A stretch of DNA of 63,148 nt, counting the filler, from Chiloscyllium plagiosum (lineage: Eukaryota): assembly GCF_004010195.1 (NCBI RefSeq). It is 6 parts of one record of this genome, joined end to end, with 100 filler letters (N's around TTAATTAATTAA, not from the genome) between each part and the next. Parts side by side here need not be neighbours in the genome. Positions count along the whole stretch, not along the records: positions 1 to 23,568 come from NC_057714.1; 5 more parts are not named here. One strand, 5' to 3'. The position numbers were made by a program, and so were the translations under genes. The notes under the pieces are model-generated. The model saw nothing but the letters and a program-made list of their open reading frames with translations, did no database searches and had not been told where the DNA came from. Positions 1-11,439 of this stretch are shown here, piece after piece (position 1 is the first letter of the stretch; every line of letters starts with the position of its first letter).

Positions 1-419
1 CACACACACACCCCCCCACCTGATAAAAGCCCACCCCCCACACACATACCGCCCCATCCCCTGCCCCACCAACAACACACACACACACCCACCCCATGCC
101 CCCAGACCCGTGACTGCCCCTGCTGGCTGGGACAGTCCTTGACCATCCAACCTTTGCCATCTGCCCTCCACATGAGCAGGGCTGGTGACTGTCAGTCAGT
201 GTGGCTCATATCCTCACTGTTCACAATTTTCTCCTTACACTTTGATGTTTTACTGCAGGGGAGTCGCTGCTTTGACAAGCTGTGGATTTGGGGTAGGGTC
301 GTCCTTGTGTGTGCACAGAGCCTGTGTCAGGATTGGAATGGGGTCATGACCCATGTGCACTTTGACCTGGACATACTGCCTTCAGCATGTGCTCACGTCT
401 GCATGTCACCGGGTCCCTT

Positions 420-860
420 CCCTCTGGGACACCCTAGTCTATTTCTCAATGGCCATGGCACCTTCCCATGTAACTGCAGAAGGTGCAACTCCTGTCGAAG
501 GGCCTGTACTGTGCTGTACTGTTCTATGTTCTAATGTTGAGTTCAGTTTGTGAACCCACTCCCGTTCCTTCCCTTTTAGCCTCACTTGTTACATTCTCTG
601 TCACCATGTTGTCCCTCCCTGTCTGGCAGTTAGACACATCATTGTTCTGCCATCCTCACATTCCCATCACTTAGTCAGGACTATCAGCATCCTCCTCCCC
701 ACCCAGCCCCAGTACCCTTTCCATCACTGTAGCATAAATGCCGTCCCCTCCCCACTTCACGTCCGCTCTAATGAAGTGTCACGTAGACTTGAAATGTTAG
801 CTTGCTCTCTCTCCATGGATGCTGTGTCTGACCTGCTGTGATCTCCAGCATTTTCTGTCT
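420..860 (+). mobile_element. Decayed Penelope-like (Neptune-type) remnant interrupted by a CR1 tail
   Basis: Cys-rich GHGTFPCNCRRCNSC linker-like peptide; CR1 tail gttctatgttcta at ~521-533; degenerate hammerhead-bearing terminus ctaatgaa...cttgaaatgtt...gatgctg...gacctgctg at ~768-860. Confidence 0.5.
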
Positions 861-1236
861 TTACACGAGTGAAGGGGTTGGCAGTGTCCGTGTTGGTACA
901 GAAGGTGATCTACAATAACTGCCAGTTCTGCTTTCAGTACTCATCGAAGAACAAATTTTACAAAGCTTACATCAGAGATCAGCGTGATCCTGCCTGCATG
1001 ACCTTGGTTCATAGTTTAGAGACCCAAAGTCGAACTATCATCGTCTTTGTTTGAGTTTCAATTATCTCCCAAGTTTCAGCAACTTTTTGAAGGAGAGCTT
1101 TCCTTTCCTGTTGTATGAAGGTGTATGTTTCCTCCCCCCCCCCCAATCATCCTGAAACTCTGATTTCTGTTCACAAATGCTGCCAGATCTGCTGAGCTTT
1201 TCCAGCACCTTCTGTTTTGTTTCAGATTTCAATGTC

Positions 1237-1460
1237 GAGGAGAAAGTGAGGTCTGCAGATGCTGGAGATCAAAGTTGAAACTTTATTGCTGGAACAGCAC
1301 AGCAGGTCAGGCAGCATCCAGGGAACAGGAGATTCGACGTTTCGGGCACAGGCCCTTCTTCAGGAATACCTGAAGAAGGGCCTGTGCCCGAAACGTCGAA
1401 TCTCCTGTTCCCTGGATGCTGCCTGACCTGCTGTGCTGTTCCAGCAATAAAGTTTCAACT
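1237..1460. mobile_element. Palindromic non-autonomous Penelope-derived element with two hammerhead cores
   Basis: Perfect 92-bp inverted repeat (1273-1364 / 1369-1460, loop aata); 36-nt one-sided tail; TSD cagatttcaatgtc at 1223-1236 and 1461-1474. Confidence 0.85.
1370..1397 (+). ncRNA. Minimal type I hammerhead ribozyme core (mirror copy on the minus strand at 1336-1363)
   Basis: CUGAAGA-A-GGGC-cugu-GCCC-GAAA-CG-UC. Palindromic ACGU at stem III; the minus copy has stem I AUUC:GAAU. Confidence 0.7.
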
Positions 1461-2174
1461 CAGATTTCAATGTCCCCTTGTTTACCCCAAATAAAGAACA
1501 ATCATTTATTATTGCTGAAAAAAACCCCACTTTCTGGAAGCTTTTTGTCTTGCACTCAGCAGGGCAGTTTGCAGGAAATACAAACACAAGGGAAGACGGT
1601 ATTTATACTGCATGAGAGAAGTGTACTGATTGGCTGGCAAACAGACTGTTGGTTGTTCAGGGAGGATGCACCTGTCGGTTAACTGCCAAGTTTTCTTAAA
1701 ATCGGACACGTTGGCTGTAGTCGGGGCGTTGCCCTGAGTAATGAATTGATGGATAACAGCAAGTCTGTCACCGACAATTCACAACCAGCCCAGCAGACAA
1801 TTGGAAATCTGTTCTCCAAACACTGTGGAGATTCTGAGCAATGTTGTCGAGTTGCAAAATCAGGTTGTGTTTTGCTTTGCGGGCTGGACGATTGGGAATG
1901 GTCAGTAACTTATTCCAAACAGACAAACAGGACAGCCTGATATGATTGGCCAGTCTTGGGCCTATAAACCCTGGCATCACACTGACACTGAAATTTATAT
2001 ACCCCATTGCGCCTCTTGTGTTAATGGGCAGTATATTTTTTAGATTTAACAGCAGCATCCCGTTAGTGGCAATCGTCACTCGTGTAGTTCCTGCAAAGCA
2101 AGCTATTTTCCAATCATGCTGTTCAGACACGTTATTACATATCTGTTCATAGAGTTGTATGTGTTTCATGAGTC

Positions 2175-2800
2175 ACAGAAAATGAGCGTGCAGGTACAGC
2201 AGGTAATAAAGGAAGCAAATGGAATGTTGGCGTTTCTAGCTGAAGGAGTAGGATATAAATGTAAGGAAGGATTGTAGCAACTGTACAAGCATTGGTGAGA
2301 CCGCACCTGGAGTACTGTGCACTGTTTTGGTCCCTTATTTGAGGAAAGATGTAGTGGCACTGGAGGCAGTTCAGAGGAGGGTCACCAGGTTGATCCCAGA
2401 GGTGAGTGGTTTACCACATGAAGAGAGATTGAACAGTTCAGGCCTATACTCTCTGGAATTTAGAAGAGTGAGGGTATTCAATACGATAAAAGGGGTGGAT
2501 AAAGTAGATGTGGAGTAGATGCTTTCTCTACTGGGGCATTCTGGGACAAGAGGATAAAGGGGAGCAAACTTAACACTGAGTTGAGGAGAAGCGACTTCTC
2601 CCAAAGGGTTGTGAATCCGTGGGACTCGCTCCCCCAAAGGCAGTGGGTACTGACAGTGAGTACATTTAAGGGGGAGTTAGACAGATTTGGTATAAGGTTA
2701 TGGGGAGAAGGCGGGCAAGGAGTATATCAGCCATGATCGATTGGCAAAGCAGACTCGATGGGCTGAATGGCCTAATTCTGCTCCTATATCATATAAACAT
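2175..2800 (+). mobile_element. CR1 LINE 3' fragment
   Basis: LVRPHLEYC...PYLRKDVVALEAVQRRVTRLIP motif and CR1 3' UTR. Confidence 0.85.
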
Positions 2801-3742
2801 ATGAACCTCTGGAACAGAAGGGACCTGAACACAGGCCTCACAGTCCAAAGGTAGGGACACTGCCACCGCACAAGAAGAGGGGTCCATTCCTGCGAAGCAG
2901 CAGCTGACTGAAGCAACTGGCTCCACCTGTTAACCAATCACAGTCAACCTACCTGGTTTAAAATTTAAACATTGCTTAGCAGTTAACTGTCAGTCGTCAG
3001 TTACTAATGCAGTCGAAGTGGCAGTACTCCTTCCAAACCAAGTTCACTTGCTAACCAATCAGCAGTCACCTTACTCATCATCCCTTTGGTTTGATAATGC
3101 TTGCACATGGTCCTGGTGAATTCAAGACAAAATGCTTTGATTTTTTTTAAACAAAATTCAAGTTCTACACCAACCAAATGACAATTTGCAATAATTTCTG
3201 TCAACATGAAAAGCTTCTATCAACATAATTGTAATTAGTTGGGTGAGATTTAATGTTCTCCACTAGTGGAGATACTAACCTTATCTGTACATCCTATAAT
3301 TGAACACTACTCACACAGGTCTCGCTCTGTATCAACTCCAATGCCAGTGAGTCCCAAATATGAAGCTAGCCTCCAGAACAGGATAATAGCACCAGCTTGC
3401 TCACGGTAACAGTTCTTATCCACATGGTGTATCCCCCACACAAAACAGTACTCAGAGGTTCCTCAGCCATCTTAGTATCATGTCCTCACCCATAATGACA
3501 CCACAATCCACAGAGAAACATTCCTGTAGGAGCAGTCCAGTCAGTCAGTCTCACACCCATCCCCGCACTCTCCCTGTATGCCTGCAAGTTCATTTCCCTC
3601 ATATTCTTGTCCAATTTCCTTCTGAAACCGTTCATCCTCTTGTACTTCCCCTCGTACTTCCATGCCAGGAGGACGGTGAGTATCAGATCATTACCACTCA
3701 CTGCATTTTAAAAAACCCAGCTCCTCGTATTGCCCTGTATTT

Positions 3743-5180
3743 AGAGTCATAGAGATGTACAGTACGGAAACAGACCCTTCAGTCCATGCTAACCAGGTAT
3801 CCCAACCCATTCTAGTCCCACCTGCCAGCGCCCGGCCCATATCCCTCCAAACCCTTCCTATTCATATACCCATCCAAATGCCTCTTAAATGTTGCAATTG
3901 TACCAGCCTCCACCACATCCTCTGGCAGCTCATTCCATACANNNNNNNNNNNNNNNNNNNNNNNNNNNNNNNNNNNNCTCACCCTAAACCTATGCCCTCT
4001 AGTTCTGGACTCCCCACCCCAGGAAAAAGACTTTGTCTATTTACCCTATCTATACCCATCATTATTTTATAAATCTCTATAAGGTCACCCCTCAGCCTCC
4101 GACACTCCAGGGAAAACAGCCCCAGCCTGTTCAACCTCTCCCTATAGCTCACACCCTCCAACCCTGGCAACATCCTTGTAAATCTTTTCTGAACCCTTTC
4201 AAGTTTCACAACATCTTTCCGATAGGAAGGAGACCAGAATTGCATGCAATATTCCAACAGTGGCCTAACCAATGTCCTGTACAGCCGCAACATGACCTCC
4301 CAACTCCTGTACTCAATACTCTGACCAATAAAGGAAAGCATACCAAACGCTGCCTTCACTATCCTCCTTATCCAACTCCTTAAATCTCTGTCCCTCAGTC
4401 CTTGTACAACAACATAATTGTCATTGTCCACCTCTTTGACGCCCGTTATTATTTGTACCTCAATCTAAGCTCCCTTTGCTAGCCCCCTGCTCCAACTGGA
4501 ATAACCTCAATCTCTCCAACCTCACCCGGAACTGAAATCCCTCATCCCTGGGACCATTCTGGTAAATCTCTCGGCACCCTCTCAGAGTCCCTCACATCCT
4601 TCCTGAGGGGTGGGGGATATGACAGGAACTGGGGCCTAAGCAGGGTCTGATCAAGGTTCACAGTCTCTTCCCTGCTTTCTCTATGTTTGAAGTCCAGAGC
4701 CCCATGTGCTTTACTAACCACCCTCTCTGTGTCCACCACCATCGAAATAGGATGTATATGAAAGCCCAGCTCCCTCTGTCCCTGCAAACCCTTCAGAATC
4801 GTATCACTTTGTCTCCCTCACCCTCTCTGTATTAAACTCCATTTGCCACTCTCTGGCCCAACCTGCCCAGGTCCTGTTACTGTCCATTGGTCCCATCCTG
4901 TCCTGTTCTCTGTTCTCACTGAGGGCACGGCTCTGAGTTGGATATCATTGACCATTCTTTAAAGAGAACTTTGTATTCCAACACCCAATGCATTTATATA
5001 TTGCAAATAGATCACTAGTCCCACCGCTGACTGCTGGGTCTCCCATAGTCCATCAGCCTCCAGTCTAAAAGTTAACTTCCAACCACAACTCATTGTGTTT
5101 TGTCATTAATTCAGTTTTGTTTTACCCAATTGATCCCCCACCTTTCTTTTCCACGCAGCTTAGTTTTATTAACCAGCTTT
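3743..5180 (-). mobile_element. CR1 LINE 3' fragments (young 3743-4365, older 4480-5180)
   Basis: ORF 3979-4431 [39 protein letters not shown]; tctatgactc tail. Confidence 0.85.
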
Positions 5181-5195
5181 ATCTGTGATAGCTTG

Positions 5196-5395
5196 GAGTA
5201 AATGAGGACTGCAGATGCTGGAGAATCAGAGTTGAGAGAGTGGTGCTGGAAAAGCACAGCCGGTCAGGCAGCATCCGAGAAGCAGGAGAGTCAATGTTTC
5301 GGACATTCCTGATGAGGGAATTATGCCCAAATCGTTGGCTCTCCTTCTTGGATGCTGCCTGATCTGCGCTTTTCCAGTGCCACTTTTCCACTCTC
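5196..5395. mobile_element. Older palindromic Penelope-derived element (same family)
   Basis: Imperfect inverted arms around cctgatgaggg; diverged TSD atctgtgatagcttg (5181-5195) / atatgtgataccttg (5396-5410). Confidence 0.75.
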
Positions 5396-5868
5396 ATATG
5401 TGATACCTTGTAAAATATTTTTTTTAAATGTTATTGGTCAGGTGTGAGATGTCTTTAACAAAGTGTACTGGCCTTGCTCCATTAACACGAGTTCCCAGTG
5501 GGACCTGCTTGTTCCCCCTCTAATGATTCTTCTCTCCGAAATGCTGTTCCAGATTGATCTCACCAGTCTGACTGACTCGCTTTGTGGAATCTTGCTGTAT
5601 GTACATGTTTAACAAAGTATTCACAGAACCATTTGAGTTGTTTATCTATTTGTGCATTGTTTTTAATAGTGCCTGTGATTTTGAGCCAATAATTTGTAAG
5701 CATTAACCTCTGAGGGCCCAGGCTTGGTCACTGGAGCCTTGCCTCCTATCACCGGGGACCTGATACCCTGGAGCTCCACGTGCTGGCCTGGCCTGGCCAG
5801 CTCCCCCCTCCTCGTTTCACCCTTCTAATGAGTTTTCTCTTTCTGTCTCTGCTCTCTCTCCCCCTCAG

Positions 5869-6005
5869 TCACCCGGCCTGGTGAGGACAGCGAGGAGATG
5901 GGGGATAACTGCCGGTTACCAGCGCTGACCACACTGGGCAGTGCCACCATGTACAGCCACAAACATTCATTACAGCAAAGTGCTGAGAGCACTGTGCCAA
6001 CGTGA
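5869..6005 (+). CDS. SCRIB: Probable terminal coding exon of the Scribble-like gene (xTRPGEDSEEMGDNCRLPALTTLGSATMYSHKHSLQQSAESTVPT*)
   Basis: Long polypyrimidine tract plus cag at 5866-5868, phase-1 start, TGA at 6003-6005. The C-terminus resembles the recalled fish Scribble end LPATSALEEMALYSNKRKLRQGRRSLETAVPT*. Confidence 0.65.
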
Positions 6006-7009
6006 GATCAACTCTGGCAAAAAGACACTTCACCCTCCCAGCACCACGTGCCCTCGCTCGCACTTCACATCTTACAGACTCTGTGTTCTTTTCTGTTTTT
6101 AGGTGAATTGGATTTTAATTTCTGGCAGAGACTAATCCTGTAGGATTTTATATGGTTTTTAATGAGGAGGTGGGGTGGGAGGGTAGGGAAGAGATTCGAG
6201 GTTCAAGGCCCAAAGCCACCTCTTGTAGTTTGATACAGTGCTGCAGATCTCCTCCTGCCTGACCGGCGCAGTGTCGGGGTGTGTGTGGAACTGCAGTTCG
6301 ATCCTAGCGCTTCATAGTGGTGGCAGATCGTGTGTCTTGGGGTGTAGTTCATAAACCAGCGTGAGTAAATCATTGCATGGAAAGGGGATAGTGCCTGCTG
6401 GCCCCCTCCTGTGGGCTTGGGCAGGGGAGAGGGTGGGAGGGCAGGGAGGTTAGCAGATGGGTGGGGGTTCCGGCTGCATGAGCCTTGGTAATGAAGCCAC
6501 AAAGTCCCCGGGAGAAAGAGAGAGGAGGGTCTTACCAGCCAAGGAGACGTGGCTGATGGAGCACACAGTCAGAGGTTTGACTCAATCAAGGACTTGCCTC
6601 TTGCCCCACCCTTTCAGCACTACTGGGGGAAGGAGCAGCGATGGACAGACTCATCACAGCCTGCAGCAGTTGGTGGATGTGGCTGTTGGTAAGAGATCAC
6701 ATTTAACACTAAAGCATGTCAGGGTCCAGGGAAACTGGGAGACACTACATTCTAGCCTGCTTGGTTCTGCTGGAATCAGCCAGAGACTGTGTTCAATAAC
6801 TAACCAGCTGAGGGCACGGAGTGTCGCTGGGGGAACATGGTGTTGTGACTTGCTCCAAACCAGTCTGAGAGAATTGGAAGGTTGGTCATGCAGAGGGGTG
6901 GGTGTTGTGGGCTGTTCACAAAGTGGGAGCTGCAATGGGTGATCCAGGGTCCTCTATCTGTTATCGTTCCCTCTCAGTGACCAGGTGTGAGGAAGAGCAG
7001 ACTGCACAC

Positions 7010-7061
<52 letters not shown>

Positions 7062-7575
7062 CCCCCCCCCCCCCCCCCCCCCAACCACCACCACCCCTTT
7101 CTCATAGAGAAGTGATGGATAATTGTGTGGCAGTCTGGTTAATACATCTCCCATCTCACCGTCAGCTTTCCAGCAATAGGATACAAGTTATAGTTCTGAC
7201 TGTCCCCAGAACCTTGTCCCAGACCCACACAAGTTTAGAATGTGCTGCTAATGGGGTAGATTTGGTATAAATCATCTTGGGGCTGATGTGCGGCAAGTTG
7301 TTTTCAGTTGAACTGGCTGGGGTTGAGTGATCAGGCCAGCTTGATACAGGTTCTCCACTGGTTTGGCATCGTAATTATGAAACTGGAAAGATTTGTGTAT
7401 GGGAATCATTGGTGATCCCTGGACACAGCAGAGAGCCACAGTCACTACATGGAACAGGAACAGCTTGCTGCTTCCTCTAGGCTCATCTCAGACTGGAACT
7501 AGTGAATTTGTACAACCAAAGACGTATATTTTGTGCTCCAGGGTTCATTAAAGTTTACTTTTCATTTTCGAAATA
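6006..7575 (+). other. Putative 3' UTR with ATTAAA polyadenylation signal at 7547-7552
   Basis: About 1.5 kb essentially free of transposons after the stop codon, in an otherwise repeat-saturated window; ATTAAA followed by T-rich sequence. Confidence 0.45.
7011..7082. repeat. Poly-C tract
   Basis: About 70 C with one G. Confidence 0.9.
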
Positions 7576-8180
7576 ACCCTGCTGTTTTTCATTGCCTCTC
7601 TGGGATATCTGGTGCCTCTCTGTAACAGACTCTAACCTGCTGGACCTTCATACATGACACACTTCCTTTGAAAGAAAGACTTCATTGATCATCTTTAACA
7701 AAAACAGCCAAAGATGAAGGTGCTTTACAGTCAATATCGCAGCTTCCCAACTGCTCTTCTATAACGCCAACCACTTAGAAAGTACAGGAACGAACAGCCC
7801 AGACTTGGTCCGACAGTCTCTCTCTGTTCACCATCCTTACAGATCCCTCCAAATCAGCAGTTCCTTCATAGGCCATTCAGCCCATCAAGTCTGCTCCGCT
7901 ATTCAATGAGATTGGAGAATCCTCACCTCCACTTTCCTGCATTTCCTGATCACCCTCGATTCACCAACTAATTCAAAATGTGTCCATCTCTGCCTTGAAT
8001 GTACTTCATGACCCAGCCTCAACAGCCTTCTGTGGTAAAGAATTCCACAGACTCACTCCTCTCCAGAAGAATTATCCTCCCACATCTCCTAAGGATCTTG
8101 TTTGTTGCATAAGGTCACCTGTCCCATTTCTAAACTCCAGTGAGTACAGGCCCAACCTCCTCAGTTTCTCCTCATACCAA

Positions 8181-8522
8181 GGGCAGGTGATGGCCAAACG
8201 GTATTTTTGCTGGCCTGTTAACCCAGAGACCCAGTTAACTTTCCAAGGATCCAGGTTCAAATCCCCCATGGCAGATGGGAATGTTTTTTAATTGAAATTG
8301 AATTAATAAAAATCTGGAATTAATCTAATGATGACCATGACCATTGTCAATTATTGGGAAAAGCCCATCTGGGTCACTAATATCTTTTAGGGAAGGAATC
8401 TGCCATCCTTACCTGGTCTGGCCTACATGTGACTCCAGATCCACAGCAATGTGGGTGACTCTTAACTGCCCTCTGGGTAATTAGGGCTCAGCAAACAACG
8501 CCCTCACCCCATGAATGAATAT
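8181..8522 (+). mobile_element. tRNA-derived SINE of a second family (another copy at ~17830-18070, minus strand)
   Basis: B-box ggttcaaatccc, conserved body agggaaggaa.ctgcc.tccttacctggtctggcctacatgtgactccaga, tail atgaatgaat. Confidence 0.65.
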
Positions 8523-8597
8523 AAGGAGAGAGACAGTCCCGCCATAACTGAGATCAGCCAAGTTCACCTTTTCTGGACTAACTCCAGTATGTCTTTA

Positions 8598-8808
8598 AGG
8601 AGAAAGTGAGGTCTGCAGATGCTGGAAATCAGAGATGGAAATGTGTTGCTGGAAAAGCGCAGCAGGTCAGGCAGCATCTAGGGAACAGGAGAATCGACGT
8701 TTCGGGCATTAGCCCTTCTTCCTGAAGAAGGGCTAATGCCCGAAACGTCGATTCTCCTGTTCCCTAGATGCTGCCTGACCTGCGCTTTTCCAGCAACACA
8801 TTTCCATC
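8598..8808. mobile_element. Young palindromic Penelope-derived element with hammerhead core (8722-8749, +)
   Basis: Near-perfect inverted repeat; TSD ccagtatgtcttta at 8584-8597 and 8809-8822; core CUGAAGA-A-GGGC-uaau-GCCC-GAAA-CG-UC. Confidence 0.85.
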
Positions 8809-9187
8809 CCAGTATGTCTTTACTCAGATAAGGCACTCAAGTGTGTTCACAATATTCCAGCTGTGGTCTGTGCAGATTTTCTAACTAATATCTTAATTCC
8901 ATCTAACCGTGATTGCAGAATGCAGGAAACTAACTTAATAGTTTCTGTTGGAGAAGGTAAGAGGAGGAGGCCATTCAATTCATGTCTGTTTTACTATTAA
9001 ATCAGATTCTGGCTTGTTACTGCCTAATGAAAACCAAGTCGAGTCTGAAAGTTTAATTTAATCCTACATCCACAGGCCTTTGGGGGAATAGATCTCCAGA
9101 TTTTCCATGTTCCATGACTGAAGTTTAGATTGGAAGCTTGAATTCATCTCTGCGTCTTGGGTTTGTCAAGCATGTTGTGTTCCAGCA

Positions 9188-9687
9188 NNNNNNNNNNNNN
9201 NNNNNNNNNNNNNNNNNNNNNNNNNNNNNNNNNNNNNNNNNNNNNNNNNNNNNNNNNNNNNNNNNNNNNNNNNNNNNNNNNNNNNNNNNNNNNNNNNNNN
9301 NNNNNNNNNNNNNNNNNNNNNNNNNNNNNNNNNNNNNNNNNNNNNNNNNNNNNNNNNNNNNNNNNNNNNNNNNNNNNNNNNNNNNNNNNNNNNNNNNNNN
9401 NNNNNNNNNNNNNNNNNNNNNNNNNNNNNNNNNNNNNNNNNNNNNNNNNNNNNNNNNNNNNNNNNNNNNNNNNNNNNNNNNNNNNNNNNNNNNNNNNNNN
9501 NNNNNNNNNNNNNNNNNNNNNNNNNNNNNNNNNNNNNNNNNNNNNNNNNNNNNNNNNNNNNNNNNNNNNNNNNNNNNNNNNNNNNNNNNNNNNNNNNNNN
9601 NNNNNNNNNNNNNNNNNNNNNNNNNNNNNNNNNNNNNNNNNNNNNNNNNNNNNNNNNNNNNNNNNNNNNNNNNNNNNNNNNNNNNNN
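9188..9687. other. Exactly 500-N scaffolding gap
   Basis: Round length, unlike the irregularly sized gaps elsewhere in the window. Confidence 0.85.
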
Positions 9688-9992
9688 ACCTTCTGCATTC
9701 TGCAGAGATGTCCTGGAGCTGAGATGACTGATCTCCAATACCCACAAGGGCCAGGTATGACTCTAACCAGTGGGGAGTTTGCCTCCAGATACCTATTGAT
9801 TTCAGTTTTGTTTGGGCTTCCTGGCTAAGAGCAGCCTTGAACTTGAGAGTGTGTGAAAATACTGGCACCTTTCAGAGTGTTTGCTACGTTGAGTGCCATT
9901 GGCCGGTGAAACCTCCCAGGAGGCTTTGCAGCCCCATTTACGGAGCCAGCCCCGCCACAGTGAGAGTGAAGGGACCAGCGAACAAGACTCAC

Positions 9993-10034
9993 CTCGCCTG
10001 ACCATTTGGGTTTAATTCTCTGCGTGAAGAAATC
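9993..10034 (-). CDS. SCRIB: Probable Scribble-like small exon (DFFTQRIKPKWSGE)
   Basis: Strong acceptor ctcctttccttcccttag and donor gtgagt; 42 nt, frame-preserving. Weak resemblance to a short fish Scribble tail segment as recalled. Confidence 0.55.
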
Positions 10035-10354
10035 CTAAGGGAAGGAAAGGAGCAGAATGTTAAAAGGCAGCTGTAGAGGTAGTAAGGAGTGAAGTGGGTA
10101 TAGTGAGGAGGGTGTTGGGGGTGAGGGGAAATCGATGTCATGGCTTTAGGTGAATTGTATTTCTGGGGAGACAATGGCCCTGACTTTGGGGTCAGAAATG
10201 CCTGAGGCCTGATGGTGTCAGCAACAACACTTTGTTGAGCGTTGCCCTCCTTCTGATCATTACTGCACTTACTAATTAATCCTTAACACAACCAGCACTA
10301 ACCTCACCATGGCAAGCAAACCCCACACAGAGATGGAATCAGAGAGTCAGACAA

Positions 10355-10600
10355 TCCCGACAGTACAGACAAAGGCCATTTGGTTGGTCGAGTCTGCACC
10401 CCACCCTAACTATAAGCTAACCCACCTAGTCAACACCACAGATGATCTCCCATGGCCGATTCAGCCGGACCTGCACATTTTTGGATTGCGGGAGGAAACT
10501 GGAGCACCCTGAGGAAACCCATGGAAACACGGGGAGAACGTGCAAACTCCACACAGTCAGTGGCCCGAAGCTGGAATCGAACCTGGGACCCTGGCGCTGG
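10355..10600 (-). mobile_element. HE1-type V-SINE, partial
   Basis: V-domain and B-box on the minus strand. Confidence 0.7.
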
Positions 10601-11439
10601 GAACAGAGACAGCTTCCACAATGAGAGGCCAGGGAGGGAAACCCCCCCACCACACACAGAGCCTAGGCCCCCCACTGCTCACACAGAGCCCGGGGACCCC
10701 CCATTCAGACAGAGCCCGGGGACGCCCCCCCACACACAGAGGCCGGGGAGGGGACCCCNNNNNNNNNNNNNNNNNNNNNNNNNNNNNNNNNNNNNNNNNN
10801 NNNNNNNNNNNNNNNNNNNNNNNNNNNNNNNNNNNNNNNNNNNNNNNNNNNNNNNNNNNNNNNNNNNNNNNNNNNNNNNNNNNNNNNNNNNNNNNNNNNN
10901 NNNNNNNNNNNNNNNNNNNNNNNNNNNNNNNNNNNNNNNNNNNNNNNNNNNNNNNNNNNNNNNNNNNNNNNNNNNNNNNNNNNNNNNNNNNNNNNNNNNN
11001 NNNNNNNNNNNNNNNNNNNNNNNNNNNNNNNNNNNNNNNNNNNNNNNNNNNNNNNNNNNNNNNNNNNNNNNNNNNNNNNNNNNNNNNNNNNNNNNNNNNN
11101 NNNNNNNNNNNNNNNNNNNNNNNNNNNNNNNNNNNNNNNNNNNNNNNNNNNNNNNNNNNNNNNNNNNNNNNNNNNNNNNNNNNNNNNNNNNNNNNNNNNN
11201 NNNNNNNNNNNNNNNNNNNNNNNNNNNNNNNNNNNNNNNNNNNNNNNNNNNNNNNNNNNNNNNNNNNNNNNNNNNNNNNNNNNNNNNNNNNNNNNNNNNN
11301 NNNCAGATGGGTGGGTGGGGGGGGAAGACAGCGAGCGCGAGAGCGAAGGAGCGAAGAGAGAGGGGTGTGGGACAGAGAGGTGGGGTGATGGGAAGAGTAA
11401 GCCCAAGTGTGAGAGAGAATGCAAATACATGATTGAAAT

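Noticed and set aside
1237..1460. Interpretation as a pre-miRNA or DNA-transposon MITE
   Set aside because: Multi-copy, with a long variable-sequence TSD, an asymmetric tail and hammerhead cores; this fits Penelope-type retrotransposition better.
6902..7270. Polyproline/polyglycine ORFs
   Set aside because: Produced by a poly-C tract in the putative 3' UTR.
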